NCBI GenBank assembly: GCA_030248215.1
Contig: JASANG010002859.1
Coordinates: forward strand, 1 to 64,000
Reading direction: 5' to 3'
Length of the DNA: 64,000 nucleotides
DNA from: Enoplolaimus lenunculus
Lineage: Eukaryota
Shown: positions 1 to 13,362 of the stretch, in pieces
Position numbering within the stretch: position 1 is the stretch's first letter
Layout: every line of letters starts with the position of its first letter
Program-made: the position numbers and the translations under genes
The notes under the pieces: generated by a model
Told to the model about the DNA's origin: nothing
What the model saw: the letters and a program-made list of their open reading frames with translations, nothing else
Databases searched by the model: none

Positions 1-1109
1 TATTGCGCTACTGCTTTTACCTGTGTGTATGTATTTATTATACACACAAAACTAGTTTGTTATTTGTGATAGTTATATTTAACTGTGATATTTATGCGAT
101 ATGCTTAGTGTACACCAGTGTAAACTGGTTTCTAATTGTGATACTTTTTTGTGATACTTTTGAGCTGTGATATTTTTGAGTTGTTATATCAATGCCTGTG
201 ATAGCCAGCTATGATAGGGAAGACTTTAGGCCTGTATGAAACACATAGATAGACCCTTAAGGTAGGCTTGTAGGATGTTGTACGCGGGAATCGGTAAGAA
301 ATTTTAATGTCCTGCGAATTTCTTCCGAATTCGCTGTCGAATTTGACACATACACCTATAAATTAAAAAATTTCGGGCTTTTCGGAGACCATCGTGGTCA
401 CCATGTGAGTTAGGAATATATTAATAGACTGGGGTCTAAATATTAAGATTGTCAGAGGACTGGGCGAGTTCATCCAATTCCAGCCTTAACAGGGGTTTCG
501 ATCGCCGATTTAGCACTCAGAAGCCCGTCGAACTCGCTAATAAACAAGACTAGGGTTCAGCTTAAATAACAAGTAAGATAACATATTAATACGAACAAGT
601 AAGAATGCAACTTACAAATACGAACACGATTAGTTTTCAATACTCATGATTGAAAACTAAATAGAAAACTAAGTTGGAATTAAATCTAAATTCCAAAAAG
701 AAACTAGAGCAGCATTAATGCTGCGTAAAGCAAACAATTCGAAAATAATTAGAATTCATTCCAATTTCCCGGAAAATTGTCACCACATAGCACAAGACAA
801 AACTACAGACTGAATTGCATTCACAAAACAACAATTTGCATAAAACTCCAATCTAGAATCAAACAGGTTCTTCAGAGCAAAATACCAGCTATTTTGCTCT
901 TACAATAATTTTCCTTAAAGCTGGTTCTTAATCCAGACGGAAAATATTATCTCTTTTACTTTTCCAGATTTTCCTCTCAAAGAGGAAAACCAGTTTTTGT
1001 CTGCTAATGTAACTATCCGGAAAATATTCTAAGTCCACGGGTGTGTCATTACCCGTCTATATTTCATAGTTTCATTACACGGTTATGTCCTTACCGTTTA
1101 GGCATCAGC

Positions 1110-1364
1110 GGTAGCAACCGCTCACAATATGTAATCTCCGAAGACCCATGTATTCTTTTTAAGAATTTACTCTGGATCCTTTCGATTGCACAAATATCCT
1201 TCAAATAAACCGGGGACCCAAACTTCAGAACAATACTCAAGCAGTGGTCTTACATACCCAACAAATATTCGACGGATAACAATCATATCACGAGATTTGA
1301 ACGCTCGGAGAATAAGGCCTATTCTACGATTCATGTGGGACAGTGCTTGTAACTTGCTTCCCAT
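1110..1364 (-). pseudogene. Degenerate C-terminal fragment of a CR1/L2/Jockey-type LINE reverse transcriptase ORF
   Basis: Minus strand reads GLILRAFKSRD...YVRPLLEYCSEVWVP. After a frameshift near 1210 it continues DICAIERIQSKFLKRIHG...YCERL. Both are typical post-RT motifs of these LINE clades. Confidence 0.75.
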
Positions 1365-1499
1365 TTGAAAATAGAAAAGAATTAGTACATCGGAATAACC
1401 TACCGCAAAAACCGCATGCCTCGCAATTTTTGAAACAGCTTACAATCAACAAGAACCTCAACATAAACACAGCATGAGGTTTCATTTTGCCTCCATGCA

Positions 1500-1735
1500 T
1501 CAGCATGTCACAAGCATGCAATAATGATTGTTCTGGGGCATATACAATCACAATGCACATTATATAGTATACTTGCCGGCAGCATACATTCGATATATAA
1601 AATCGTCGAAAAAGTTAGTTGGAGAGGTGGGCTACGTTGCGCAGCGGAGGAGCTTAAGCATTCGCTAAGGATCTGTAGCTCGCTTGTTTGAACGACCCCT
1701 ATACACCGACATCTCCAGCTGTTTAGTAGAAGCTC
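1500..1735 (+). mobile_element. Dispersed repeat with degenerate tRNA-like core (SINE-like), copy 1
   Basis: GGAGAGGTGGGCTACGTTGCGCAGCGG... is shared with an inverted copy at ~2680-2910 and a copy at ~39370-39500. Confidence 0.55.
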
Positions 1736-2679
1736 TAACGTCGTGGTTCTTATGTACACTGACATGGGGGCTACGCCGCTAGCGCAGTGGTAAATTGCTT
1801 CCTCTTGTAACGCTGTATCCAGTAAAAAATAAGATTGACGGTTAGGGGACGACTTTGATGACAATAGGGGCATGTAAGCATGTGAAGTTAAATTTAGTTG
1901 CGTTTTGCTACGGAAGCTTCATGTGAGCTACGTAGTGATTTTACTTAAATTGTAGCAAAGTTGTACAAAGCGAGCGGAGGCTTCGGATGTGGAGTATACG
2001 GATAAACCTTTGTTGATGTGTTTACCGAGATTGGAGTTTTTTCTAGTTACTTGGAGAAATTACTGTAGGTTTGGTGCAATTCTATGTAACTGGATTATAG
2101 TTATACCACTTTGGGGATTCAGTGGAATCACTGTGGTTACGGACTGTGTTACTAGTGGGCTTTTGGCTGAGTTAAAGCCCACGTCGGTTGCATCGAAATA
2201 GAAAGGCAACATTTAGTCTACTGAATAGAATTATAGAAGCATCGTAATTGAATATAGTTCGGCAAATCAAGCATATTATCGTTTGGTTGCCATTATTTTG
2301 TGATCTTATTCGGGTTTTACAGGAAATAAAGTTTGAGCTATAAATTCTATTCGTGTTATTTGGGTGTAACGGTTTTTTTTCATAAAGTTAGTATAAAATA
2401 ATTAGCGTAAAATACGTTGGTTTTGCTTTTACTCGCGCTAACTCAGGTAGCAGCTCATAGTAATTTAGGGTAAAGGTATATACATTTTGTGCGCACATCG
2501 ATCCACTATAGGTTGTCTGCTATCTTGATATCATACTCACCGTTTGTACTGCAATATCATTATGATATTTGACAGACATTAGTCTCTGTCAATTATGACA
2601 CGTTTTTAAATGTCTGCAATGTTAGAGTAAGCTAGCAATTTTTTGTCTGTCAGTCCAGGTCAAACAGTCTGGAACTTCA

Positions 2680-2910
2680 GACTTTTTACTAAGCAGCTGG
2701 GAAAGCAGATCTGCATAGCGGTGATCGAACTGCAAGCTTGCAGTTTTTTAAGTGAACGTTCTACCGCTGCGCCACGTAGCCCATCTATTCAACTACTTTT
2801 TATAATCGACCATTATATATTTGTCGACACGTATGCTGCCAGCTAGCACACAACACAATATGTATTTAATATATATTGTATATGCACCAGTGCAAGCATG
2901 TCTTACATGC
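2680..2910 (-). mobile_element. Dispersed repeat with degenerate tRNA-like core (SINE-like), copy 2
   Basis: Reverse complement reads GGGCTACGTGGCGCAGCGGTAGAACG...GTTCGATCACCGC, with A-box TGGCGCAGCGG and B-box-like GTTCGATC. Confidence 0.55.
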
Positions 2911-3413
2911 TTATAATCTCCTGTATAATTTTATGGTGCTAAAATGGAAATTTGAAGTATTTCTGGGTTGAACTGTATTTCTGCGAAAATTTCGACGGGA
3001 ATGGAAACTTTGAAGCTAATTCAATGTTCGAAATCGTTTACTTTTTCGTTTTCTAGCTGTTAAGCATTTCACTTATTACTGTTCACAAATTGTATCGTAT
3101 CGTTTAATATCATGTAACAATATACAAGATTTTTGTAGTGTCATTGTCATATAATACCCCGTAAATGTCCCATGGTATGAAAAGATACATGACTACATAC
3201 TTGTATGCAATGAATACTTCAGAGCAGTGATTTAAAACCCAACATCATAATGACATTCAATTTTGGTCGACATACCTGTAATGGTTAACGATGTGTTCTG
3301 GGCGGCCCAGTTAACACGTGAACTCCGCATAATACACATTTTGATGAGCTTCTGTTTTTCAGATTAAAATATGCTCGCACGCAATATATGTACATGAAAA
3401 TTTGTTCAGTTTC

Positions 3414-6400
3414 ATGAAAAAGAAAGACGAGCGTAAACAGAACAAGGCTAGAAAACGGCTAGCGGAACTCACTTTAATCAAGAATCGGGATGCTCTGTTA
3501 ATTGATTTCGATATCGTCAAAGCTGTTGTTCCAGGGTGTTGCGAACAGTACGTACGTACGTATGCAGCCGTAGCGATAGTTAAAACTTTTATAGATTTGA
3601 CAACTTTTATGAATTCTAAAGTTTATATTTGGTTCTAATTAACTTCACGCATTTTAATGGTAGATTGTTGTTCGTTTTCAATGACTTTGGCGAACACAAT
3701 GATATGGGTTTTACTGAAGCTATTATACATTGAATAATGTCTCGATCTAAATCCACCACGATGCATTATAATTAAATATAGCGACACGGTATATATTTGT
3801 GTATAGTTGTGGACAGAGATTATTTGGAATCTAGGCAGTTGTCTTAGTTTTAGCATAAAATTAATATTGAAAGATTTTATTCAGAACCGACATCCAAGAT
3901 CTCAAGGTAGTGTCTAGACAACTCAGGCAAATAATGAATGACAAAAGCAATTCTCGCGTACGGTTGTCGCTTACGTTGCATCGATTGTTGAGTGATCAAC
4001 GAAGGAATTCGAAGGGACAGTCTTTGCTGGATGGTGTGAGTATTAAGCTTTTGGTTGTTTCTTGTTGAAAACGTATACGTGCAAAGTTATATAACATTTG
4101 ATTCGATTTCGTTACCAGGCAAGTAAGGCTGATAAAGTTTTCACTAACGGAAAAGCACGGCAAAATCCAAGCTAACAATTAATATTCATTGAGCATAAAC
4201 ATCTACTTTTGTGCGACTGAATTACTTTCAAGAGTGTTTAGACTTATGTGCTATATCCGGTTATATCCGGTCCCGGTATAGAAGTAACTGTGCGGCTTCG
4301 GTTGTAGTGTGCTGTAGATTAATATGCGGTCGCACCCTGATGAATATATATTTAACGTTACGAGTTGATATGAAGTGTTTTGTGTAGTTTGTATGTTGTA
4401 TTATAGCATTGTTTTGCAGCGTTACACTACTGTTTTTGCAGCGTTAGACTGTTTTGTTTCAGGTCCTTGGAAGTTCGCGAAATGTCGCAAAATTGATGCC
4501 ATTCGATGTACAAAGTTTACTGTTATACGCTTGTGTCGGTCCTGCAACAGCATATAAACCTCGGTGGTGTCAAGTGAAACCATGGCGTGCAGTCAGTCAC
4601 GTGATTTTCATATACGTTAATGGCATTTCATCTGAAACGTATCGAAGACATGAAACGACTTGTTTTTCTTTCATTTCCAAAAAATTCGCTCATTCCGTCA
4701 AGTTTATATCGTGCAAAATGCTACTTTCAAATTTATTTACGTAGGTTTACTGTTTAGATAAGATTCACTTGTTTTCATTTACTTGTTGTGTCCAGGAGTT
4801 GTTTAATAGGTGTGAACGTTTGAAAAACTGAATTCATCCGAAAGCTAAGATAATGCTAATAAAAAGGCATTACTTTGTGCATACCATGTATGAATGCTCA
4901 TGTAAGCGCAATACACTGGCGTGCTGCAGGTCGTTGTACATATTAACTTGTTATCCGCTTAATGCCTAAATTACATACGTAGTCTTATTCGTTTGATGTT
5001 TTCAGTTCAATAGAATCATAAAATGTTATTTTCCACTTAACGCTTTTATTTTGAGCTCGTGCGAATTGAAGTTTAATGCGGAGGCTTTTGGTGTTATGCT
5101 GTGGTTTGTTTTAGTGTTCTTGTGCAACCCGCGCAGATGGCGATCAATTTAGCTGCTGCAGAAGAGTTGAAGCGAAGAGAAAGTTTGAGCAGTTCTTCAG
5201 AGGATCAAACAAATGCGAAAAGGTATCTATACCTGAATGTTTATAACCTTATGAAGCACAACAATATCTTAGTTATCTGGCATGGCTATTGATAGCCGAA
5301 TGACGTGGTTAGTTTACGGTTGGAGATTATATAACTCTAAATGTCATAATATTTCGTTTAGAATGCAATTTAGATGTATAGTGGAGCTTTGGTCAATTGC
5401 GATTATGCAACTTTTGCATGTGGGACATTTGTATGAGCAAATAATATCTGACTTTTTCAACCAATCAGTTTAGAACGTTCGCAAGCAAGGCTTGGTTTTT
5501 GGCTGTGCAAGCATGAGTAATAGTAATATAAATATCTAAAGCACAAATTCCGGCGCACTTTCGGTTCCAGCTGAATTTCTGCCAAAATTGGATTTCCGTT
5601 ATGGATTTGAGTATAATATTGTCAATCATTATTTTTTGCAATTTTCAGTGATGACGCTGCAAGTTCAGTGTCTAAAACGGATTGTCGTCTGGATTTGTTA
5701 CTGCCAATGTTGGATATGGTTCTGGATCAGTATCCGCTTCCAAATATGGCGGACACAGAAGATTATATTTACACCAAAAGCGTTTATCAAAAGGTACAAG
5801 GGGTGCAGATAGGATTTTGAAAGGTGGTTACGTACTACGGGAGTCTGTTGTGTTACAATTTGAAAGAGTTAAAAACATTTGGAGATGAATCACAAACCGT
5901 TTTGAACCATAAGCTCTCTGGTTAAGTCCTAAAAAGCATGTGTTCTAAGATGGAGCCGTTGCGCTCACGCGGTGATAGATCGCAGTTCAAGTTGCTACGG
6001 CCAGATGCGTAAAAGTTTATCACTAACGTGGTTTTATGCCACTTTCTGCTCATGTTAGCAATTTGATGGATTTTTGAGCGCAGTACTTTGGATAACTCAG
6101 TCACTGCGGTCACAGCTACCAAGACACATAAGTTCGGTATGTGCGCACGAATTCAACTTATTTTTTATTGTTATAGGTTCATTCTGGCAGTCCTATTTAT
6201 GCGATCGACTGCGAAATGTGTATGGCTGGCGAACAGTCACAGTATTCAATGCATCACTTGACTCGAATATCTATTGTTGATGAGGATTGCAACGTTGTTT
6301 TTGATTCCCTCGTCAAACCGGATCTACCTATAACTGACTATTTGACAAAATACTCTGGTATTACGGCGAGTTTGCTAGCACCAGTTACAACGCGCCTTGT

Positions 6401-9400
6401 AGAGGTATACACACATTTATAGCTCGATGCTGTCATGATATTGTTGCTAAATTTCACAATCTGCGGTTTTATTGATATTTACCTATTGGTTTTCCTATCG
6501 GTTCAATAATTCATACGAGCGTTTCGATTTTTTGTGATACGTTTTGTTCTGGCTTAAAGTGGTGACATGGCGCTACTGTCTCTAAAGTGAATCTTGAGTG
6601 ATTAAAAACCCATATATAGCTTAAATCTGAAACGGTTCAACAATAATTAAGTAAATCTTACAATCTTTTAAACAGTAGCATTTGTTATTATTTGTATTTA
6701 TTACTTTACTAATTCACAAAAGTTTAAGCGAACCTTCCGAATTGTCATGAAACATTTTTATTTTACAATCATTGGCAATATGTTTTTCAGATTCAAGAAA
6801 CACTGCGTAAGCTACTGCCCAGTGACGGGATTTTATGCGGACATTCGTTTAATTTTGATTTGAAAGCGTTACGAATGTTTCATCCGTATGTCATCGATTT
6901 AAGCGTTGCGTTCAATTTGAGCGGCGACAAACGGTTGAAGTCAAGCCTTGCAACTCTTTCGAACACGTTTCTCGGAGAGGAGATTCAAACTAGTGCGAAA
7001 GGCCATTGTTCTATTGAAGATGCTTTGACAACGATGAAGCTGCTAAAAGTTAAAGTTAGTTTGCTATGCCAGACAACGGTCTATTTTCTCAAATGCGTGT
7101 AGCACATATCACCAGTTACTCGTTTCTGACAGGGTTTCAGCCGTTGGAATGTATGCAATTGCGAATGGCAAAATTGGCGCACAATTTGAACGTCACCATT
7201 CACGAGTTCGAAACTTATAAGTCATATCAACAAACTGGTTATAAATGGTACGCACATTTGAGAATACGGAAGTGGCTGCGTTTCTGAAACCCTACTTAAG
7301 TGTGACTTAGTACTTAAGTAGGTGCCAAGCAATTACTTAGCCATTTTGTCGTTTTTACAAGCATACTTAAGTTAAGTAAATACTAACTGACTAAATTTGA
7401 TATATTACAGAGTAACAGTTCGGTCATATTAGCCGTAGCCTAATTAAAATTGTCAACGCATGATACCTCCTTAATAAGGCAATACTATAACTTTTTTGTT
7501 ATGATCGTTTATCACATCTGGTGTTTATTTGTATTTGCTCAAAAAATTAAGTATTTACTTAAGTAGGTAACTTAAATAATTACTTAAGTATAACTTAGTA
7601 AATACTTAAGTAAGGTTTTAGAAACCCAGCCAATGTGTCTTAGCTAATCGGGTTTTTTCTTCTTTGCCAGTGATTAAATATAGAGGGTAAGTATCACTAT
7701 GGAACAATATAAAAAACTGGGGAGGAACAGTATGTAGTGTAAGCATTTTCCTAAACCTAAGCCTAAGCGTAAAAATTAGCTTATACTTAAGCCTAAGCAA
7801 AAGAATTAGCCTAAATCTTAAGCTTACTCTATACCAGTCCTACAGAAAAACGTGCCGTCCCTGATCTTTACAATGGCCATTTTATGTATGGATGGGCACA
7901 AACTTTACGCCGTGAACGCGATGCCGGGCCTTTGATGCTATTTGATTTTGCCGAACCGACTTTCATGAGCAGCGTAATTTTTTTCTGGGTTGCAATGATT
8001 TTGACCGAAATATAAACTACTGATGTTCGATGTAAACAGACAAATAAAACAATGATGTTTTGAAATATGCCATGGAACTGAAAGTGTCACAATTTCAGCG
8101 CGAACCATAATATTTTATTTAATATCATGTCACTATGTGCTATGTCCAAGCAGTTCATATTTTAAGCTGAAGAAAGGTGTGAAGTTCGGTTGCGTAGCCC
8201 TTGGCTGGAAATATCAAACATTCAAACAAATGCAAGCTGCTGAAAACTCGTGTATTAAAAACGTACAACTGGAGTCTGATTCAACAAATTCTGACGTTTC
8301 CGCTGACATTTTATCCGGCTCAAATCAAAGCGGTGTTACTTGTTCGGGCAACGTTTTGCTTGAAGAATACAAACAAAAGGTAATCCAGAAGGCTGATGAT
8401 AAACTGGAACTCCATCGTAAAAGATTAAATACTGATAAACTGAAAAATGGAGAGCCGCCGGAGAAAAAATCTCGAAAGAAAAACCATAACTGTAATGAAA
8501 ACTCTGTAGCTGGTGTAGCGGATCACAGTATATCTGAGCCCAGCGAAAAATCTAGACGATGTTTAGGATGCTCTGAACCGATAGAAATTATTTGTAGTAT
8601 TCAGACGTGTGTTTGCAGAACACTGAGGCATAAATTATGCAGGGGATGTGTTAACCAACAGACAGCAAATTCTGTTGGGTTTTCTTGTACTAGTGAACTT
8701 CCCGATCTCGATACTTCCAGTGCAAGCGAAACAGATGCTAAACCAAGCTCGCCGCGAAGAGATCGTACCAAATTAATTAACAATCTTGTATCAGTGGATG
8801 ATGCCAAGCTAAAACAGTCAGCTTTTTCTAATGATTTGACGTTTACGGATGCAGTACCTGGACGACTGCTCAGTCCAACTGATGCCTTTTTATCGCAACC
8901 GGGTGGACAAATTCAAACTATTGTTGAATTTTTAACTAGTTGTAAACGTAACATTCATTGGGTTGGACCATCATCGACGTGCGCTAGTAATGAAACAACC
9001 AATGAGTCGAACGGTGCTAATGGGGAAGCGGTAGCAATCAAAGGAAACAGTGGAAATTCGAAAATAGTGCATATGGTACAAACGAGTGATAATAATTGTA
9101 CCGTATCGAACAATTATGATGCTAGTGCACGCAGTTTAGCTAACAGAGATCAGGAAAGCGGTGTGGAAAATGTTGAAGAGGGCAGATCGGTTGGTGAAAG
9201 TACTAAACAAGCATGTGTTGTTAAGAAATCAAAGCGCAGACGCAATCGCAATATCATACTCGAGTGCTGCAAAGCTGCTGGATCGCTACATTTTCACGAG
9301 GACTTAATCACAAAAGCTGGGGAAAGATTTTGCGAACGCTTACTGGAAGGCGATTACAATGTTCTTGAACTTCGAGTTACTGACCCAAACTGTTGTAGCG

Positions 9401-9537
9401 ATATGTCTGAAGTTAATCGAGTGGTGCAAGAAATAGAACGGACGGCAGCGCCTAGAGCTTTGATTACAGTTGTGTTCTCCGATCCTAATACCCCGATTGA
9501 TGGGCTGTGTCTGTTGAAAGTAAAGTCTCCTGGGTGA
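3414..9537 (+). CDS. RNA exonuclease, REXO5/Rex1(RNH70)-like DEDDh family; about 8 exons (approx. 3414-3547, 3885-4035, 4463-4693, 5115-5222, 5649-5793, 6177-6404, 6791-7054, 8168-9537)
   Basis: Spliced translation gives ExoI SPIYAIDCEM, LTRISIVDEDCNVVFDSLVKPDLPITDYLTKYSGIT, ExoII ILCGHSFNFDLKAL and ExoIII GHCSIEDA. The N-terminal block LLLYACVG...KPRWCQV...VIFIYVNGIS is REXO5-like. Most junctions checked are phase-compatible GT-AG; the exon 3/4 junction was not resolved. Confidence 0.85.
7274..7631. mobile_element. PIF/Harbinger-like MITE in exonuclease intron
   Basis: TIR GGCTGCGTTTCTGAAACCCTACTTAAGT ... ACTTAAGTAAGGTTTTAGAAACCCAGCC, with internal ACTTAAGT palindromes. Confidence 0.6.
7700..7879 (-). 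mobile_element. Telomere-repeat (TTAGGC) MITE, degenerate copy
   Basis: CCTAAG hexamers, the family motif CTTAAGCTTACTCTAT, and the end CCCTGATCTTTACAATGGCC. Confidence 0.7.
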
Positions 9538-11169
9538 GAACGACAGAACTATGGTCTGGGATTTGTACAGACACTAAATTTTTGAAAAAAGTTGAGTGTG
9601 ATAGACAATGTATAGCGTAAGAATAACCCTGTATCTAAGCCTAAGCAAAAAAGCCAAGCGTAAGATTACACTATAGCTGTCTTGCGGAAAATGGGTTCTC
9701 CCGTCATGTATACATGCGTCAGGGTCAGTGTGTAGGAAGCTAAACCGTTGCAGGAAGTTATACACTTTGGTTTTAATGGAATGCGATGAGAGTGTTTTCT
9801 AAAATAGGTCACATGTCATAGGTTTTAGCACTATTTAAACGTTAAAAAGCTTTTGCTTAATAGCGTTTTAAGCTATTTATTTGAAAGTTTTTCGCTTACA
9901 AAAGCGATTTGAAAGATGGTGTTTGCAACGCAAAAGCGTTTATAATAGTGTTTTTTGGCACGATTACTTAGCAAGCAACGCTGTATTTGAAATATCGAAA
10001 TTTAGTCGTAACCAGGGTGTAATCGGATATCCGTTTTCGGTAAAATCAGTGTCTGTTTCGGTTATAAAAACAAAAATTCTGTTATTTGTACGCCGAAAAT
10101 TAGTTATATATCATGGGTATATCTCCAAAATTTTTCATTGCAGATGTGCCACAATGGTTCAAAATGAAATATAAATTGCGAAATTCATTCAAAAGCTTAA
10201 AAATTTCGATGCATCCGCCATTTTTTGTTAAAATTTTAGAAAACCCGGTAACTACATATTTGCACGCCTCCACTGTGTGCAGAAACATAAAACATCTTTG
10301 GAACTTTTATATTCAATCTTCGTTTTTCGTTTCTGTTATTTTGATCACTATCCGTTTCAGTTTTTTCACTCTCCGTTTACATTCTGGTCGTTACTTGGTT
10401 AAGGTCTGGTAATTAATTTCCAACAGTTGCAAATTAATTTTATTAAAACTTTGGAATCGGTGTTGACTTTAAGTCAAGCATTTTTTGTGTAGTAATATGC
10501 TATAATACAGCGATGTTAACAGTGTTGCTCGTTTTCACAAGCGCTAAAATCGTTTAACTTGTAGCGTTGTCCTGCTGTAGCTAATCATTTTAAACTTTCA
10601 CTACTTGCAAAAAAATTGTTGCTCATTGATGCTGTTTGAAACGAGAAAAATGTTAAAATAGCTTTGTATTTTTGACACGATTCCTTATGGTTCCTTATGC
10701 AAGAAAGGGTTGCAGAATGGCGTTTGCTGAAATAGCAACTCACATGTGCAAACCGTTTGTTTTGTTTCGAAAATTGTTAAAATTTTTCTGGCGTTTTATT
10801 GTGCAAATAAATTTTATAAACCTAAACATGTCGCGTGTGAGCCACTATTTTTGCGTGGAATTTCATGTATTGAATATATTAAACGGAGCGAATAAGACTC
10901 AAATAATTGCATAAATTCAAAAATTATATTTCTCTTGTATGGATGTCTGAATCGGTTTCCGGTTCCGGCTGGTTTTCACCTTCCGGTTCCTGTAAATTTT
11001 TTACCAGAATTAAAAATTCTGGTATTACAATTTGGTAGGTGGAAATTAAGAAATTTTACTAAAAATGACAATAAAAATTAAATAGATTTTCGTTAGTATA
11101 GCATATAGACGTTTATCAATGCCGAAAATAAACCATCGAAGATAGAATTTGCTTCTGTACAGCAGATAA

Positions 11170-11337
11170 GGCCCATGTTACTTTTAGGGTTGTCCCGGTT
11201 TCTGGTGGGTCTAAAATAGTAGGCTTACATTTTAGACGTTATTTTGTTTAGGCTTAAGCTTAGGAATACGCTTTTGCAACGCTTAGGCTTAGGAACAAGC
11301 TTAGTCTACTGTTACGGCCCTAAAAGTAACATTGGCC
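11170..11337 (+). mobile_element. Telomere-repeat MITE, GGCCCATGTTACTTT subfamily
   Basis: TIR GGCCCATGTTACTTTTAGGG / CCCTAAAAGTAACATTGGCC with a TTAGGC core. Confidence 0.8.
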
Positions 11338-12965
11338 GCCAGTAAAGTGAATACATATCTCCAACTAGGGTTATTTCACCAATAATGTTGCAACAAAGAA
11401 ACTTAAAATGAATTTTTCGCTGACATGTATTTTTCATTTTCCGTTTCCGGTAATTTTTTCAAATTCCGGTTCCGGTAAATTGATGTATATATGGGTATCG
11501 TAACGCGAATTGCTACGCCGTGTATTTTGCTACGCTCGAAATAGTTTTCTGTGCAATGCTGTAACTTTGGGTCGGTCACACGTTATCATGCGTGCAGTCC
11601 GCGTATCACAGGTCCTCGGTACGTCAGGAAACACCTAACTGCATAAAGTTACCACAAACAGTTAAATGTCCACTGCCTTCATAGATATTTGCGGACGTTG
11701 CACAGTGTCGAAAAGACTATGCGGGCACGTAGCGTTTGGCAAGAATCGTTAACATGTAATAGGCATCAAGTTTCTTGCGTATATTTGATTTCAGGCGCAT
11801 AAGCAAAATAAACCATGCTCCAGGTCTGAAAATTGCCCCCGCAACTGCCTTCCCGCGGTTCGGTTCAAACGTTTCATGTTTTTGAAAGTGAAAAATCCGA
11901 TCTCGCTTAGGCTCGAACACCGACAAACGCCTGCAAACGCGTATGCAATCCAGTAGGTACGGCACATAAGTGTTCTTATACTTCAATATTTAGCACATCA
12001 CTAAATACACCTACGCTGGCAAACAAGTTGTGTAGCTGCTAGGAATATATAATATACTAGTAATCTGCAGTTACACACATAACTCTTTTAAAATATATTG
12101 TGTTTTTGGCATATGTTTAGAAGGATTTGTTTGAGCAAGTTTATACTTAAGCCTCGAAACTTGATTGAAAATTGTGTATTCAATACCAATACCAATTTTT
12201 AAGCCTGTGTGGGTTCGGTAGAAATGATGAACTCTGGCATCCATCATCCACAAGGAAAAATACGCGTCCCAAATTGATGCCTACTTATGACAATGCTTGT
12301 GACAGCCCTTTTTGCAACATAGAAATTTTTTATGTGAAATTAACAATATTGATACAGTACATTAATACACAAACCGCATACTGTTAAAAGATAACTCTAT
12401 AACTAATTAGCAGGATACAACCGGAGGTCTGCCTCCGGCTCCGGCAGAATTTTAGCCGGAGGTTCCGGCAATTTCGGTAGTAAAATTTTTGCACAATTTA
12501 GCAAAATTAATCTGTTTAGTGTGTTTCGCTTTACTTTTGTCACAATTTTCAGAAAAGAATTTCCGGACGGACATTATATTTATAGGCAGTTTCCATCAAC
12601 ACTACGAGTTGAGCAAGAGTGAACTACCATCTTAGACATATATTGCTTATTTCATGATGAAATCTTGTTGATAACTATGGCCCATGTATAGAACACGACC
12701 GGAGCGTTTTCCGGCGGGACTTGTAATAGGCTAAACTTAAGCTTTAGACTATTTTTTGTTTAAGTTTAGGCTTAGGCTTAGGTATGGGCTCATTCTTACG
12801 CGTAGAGGCGAAAGATCAGCATCGTTCAGAACAGAAGTTTAGTGGAATTGTTCAATCGAACAAACTTTGATTTTGCAAGGGTTTAGTAAGCAGAATTTTG
12901 AAAACGCAAATTTCGCGGAACGCTGAGTGTTGGACGCGTCAGATGTCATAAAATACTAAATACTG

Positions 12966-13172
12966 GACCAATGTAAAGAACAGGGGCGGAACAGTATTAT
13001 AAGCATATTCCTAAGCAAAAGCCTAATCGTAAGAATGGTCCTATTCCTAAACCTAAGCGTAAGAATGAGCATATTCCTAAGCCTAAGCAAAGCAAAAAAA
13101 TTAGTTTAAAGCTTAAGCTTACTCTATTGCAATCCCACAAAAAACGTTTCGCCGCTGATCTTTACATGGGCC
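12966..13172 (-). mobile_element. Telomere-repeat MITE with 8-bp TSD AAATACTG
   Basis: G(A)CCAATGTAAAGAACAGGGGCGG ... CTGATCTTTACATGGGCC flanked by direct AAATACTG. A truncated sister copy lies at 12679-12805. Confidence 0.85.
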
Positions 13173-13362
13173 AAATACTGAAACAGAAAAATATTTCTAT
13201 GTCATCAATATCAATAACGTGTCTTTGTACGGATTTGTAACTTGTACAAAACGAACAAGATGTCCCCCTTCGGTGATATCACTGTTAATTAGTTTGCTAA
13301 TAACTGAGTTTACCTACAAGTTGCAGTAAAATTACACCGCAGTGCTGCGATTTCATTCTACG

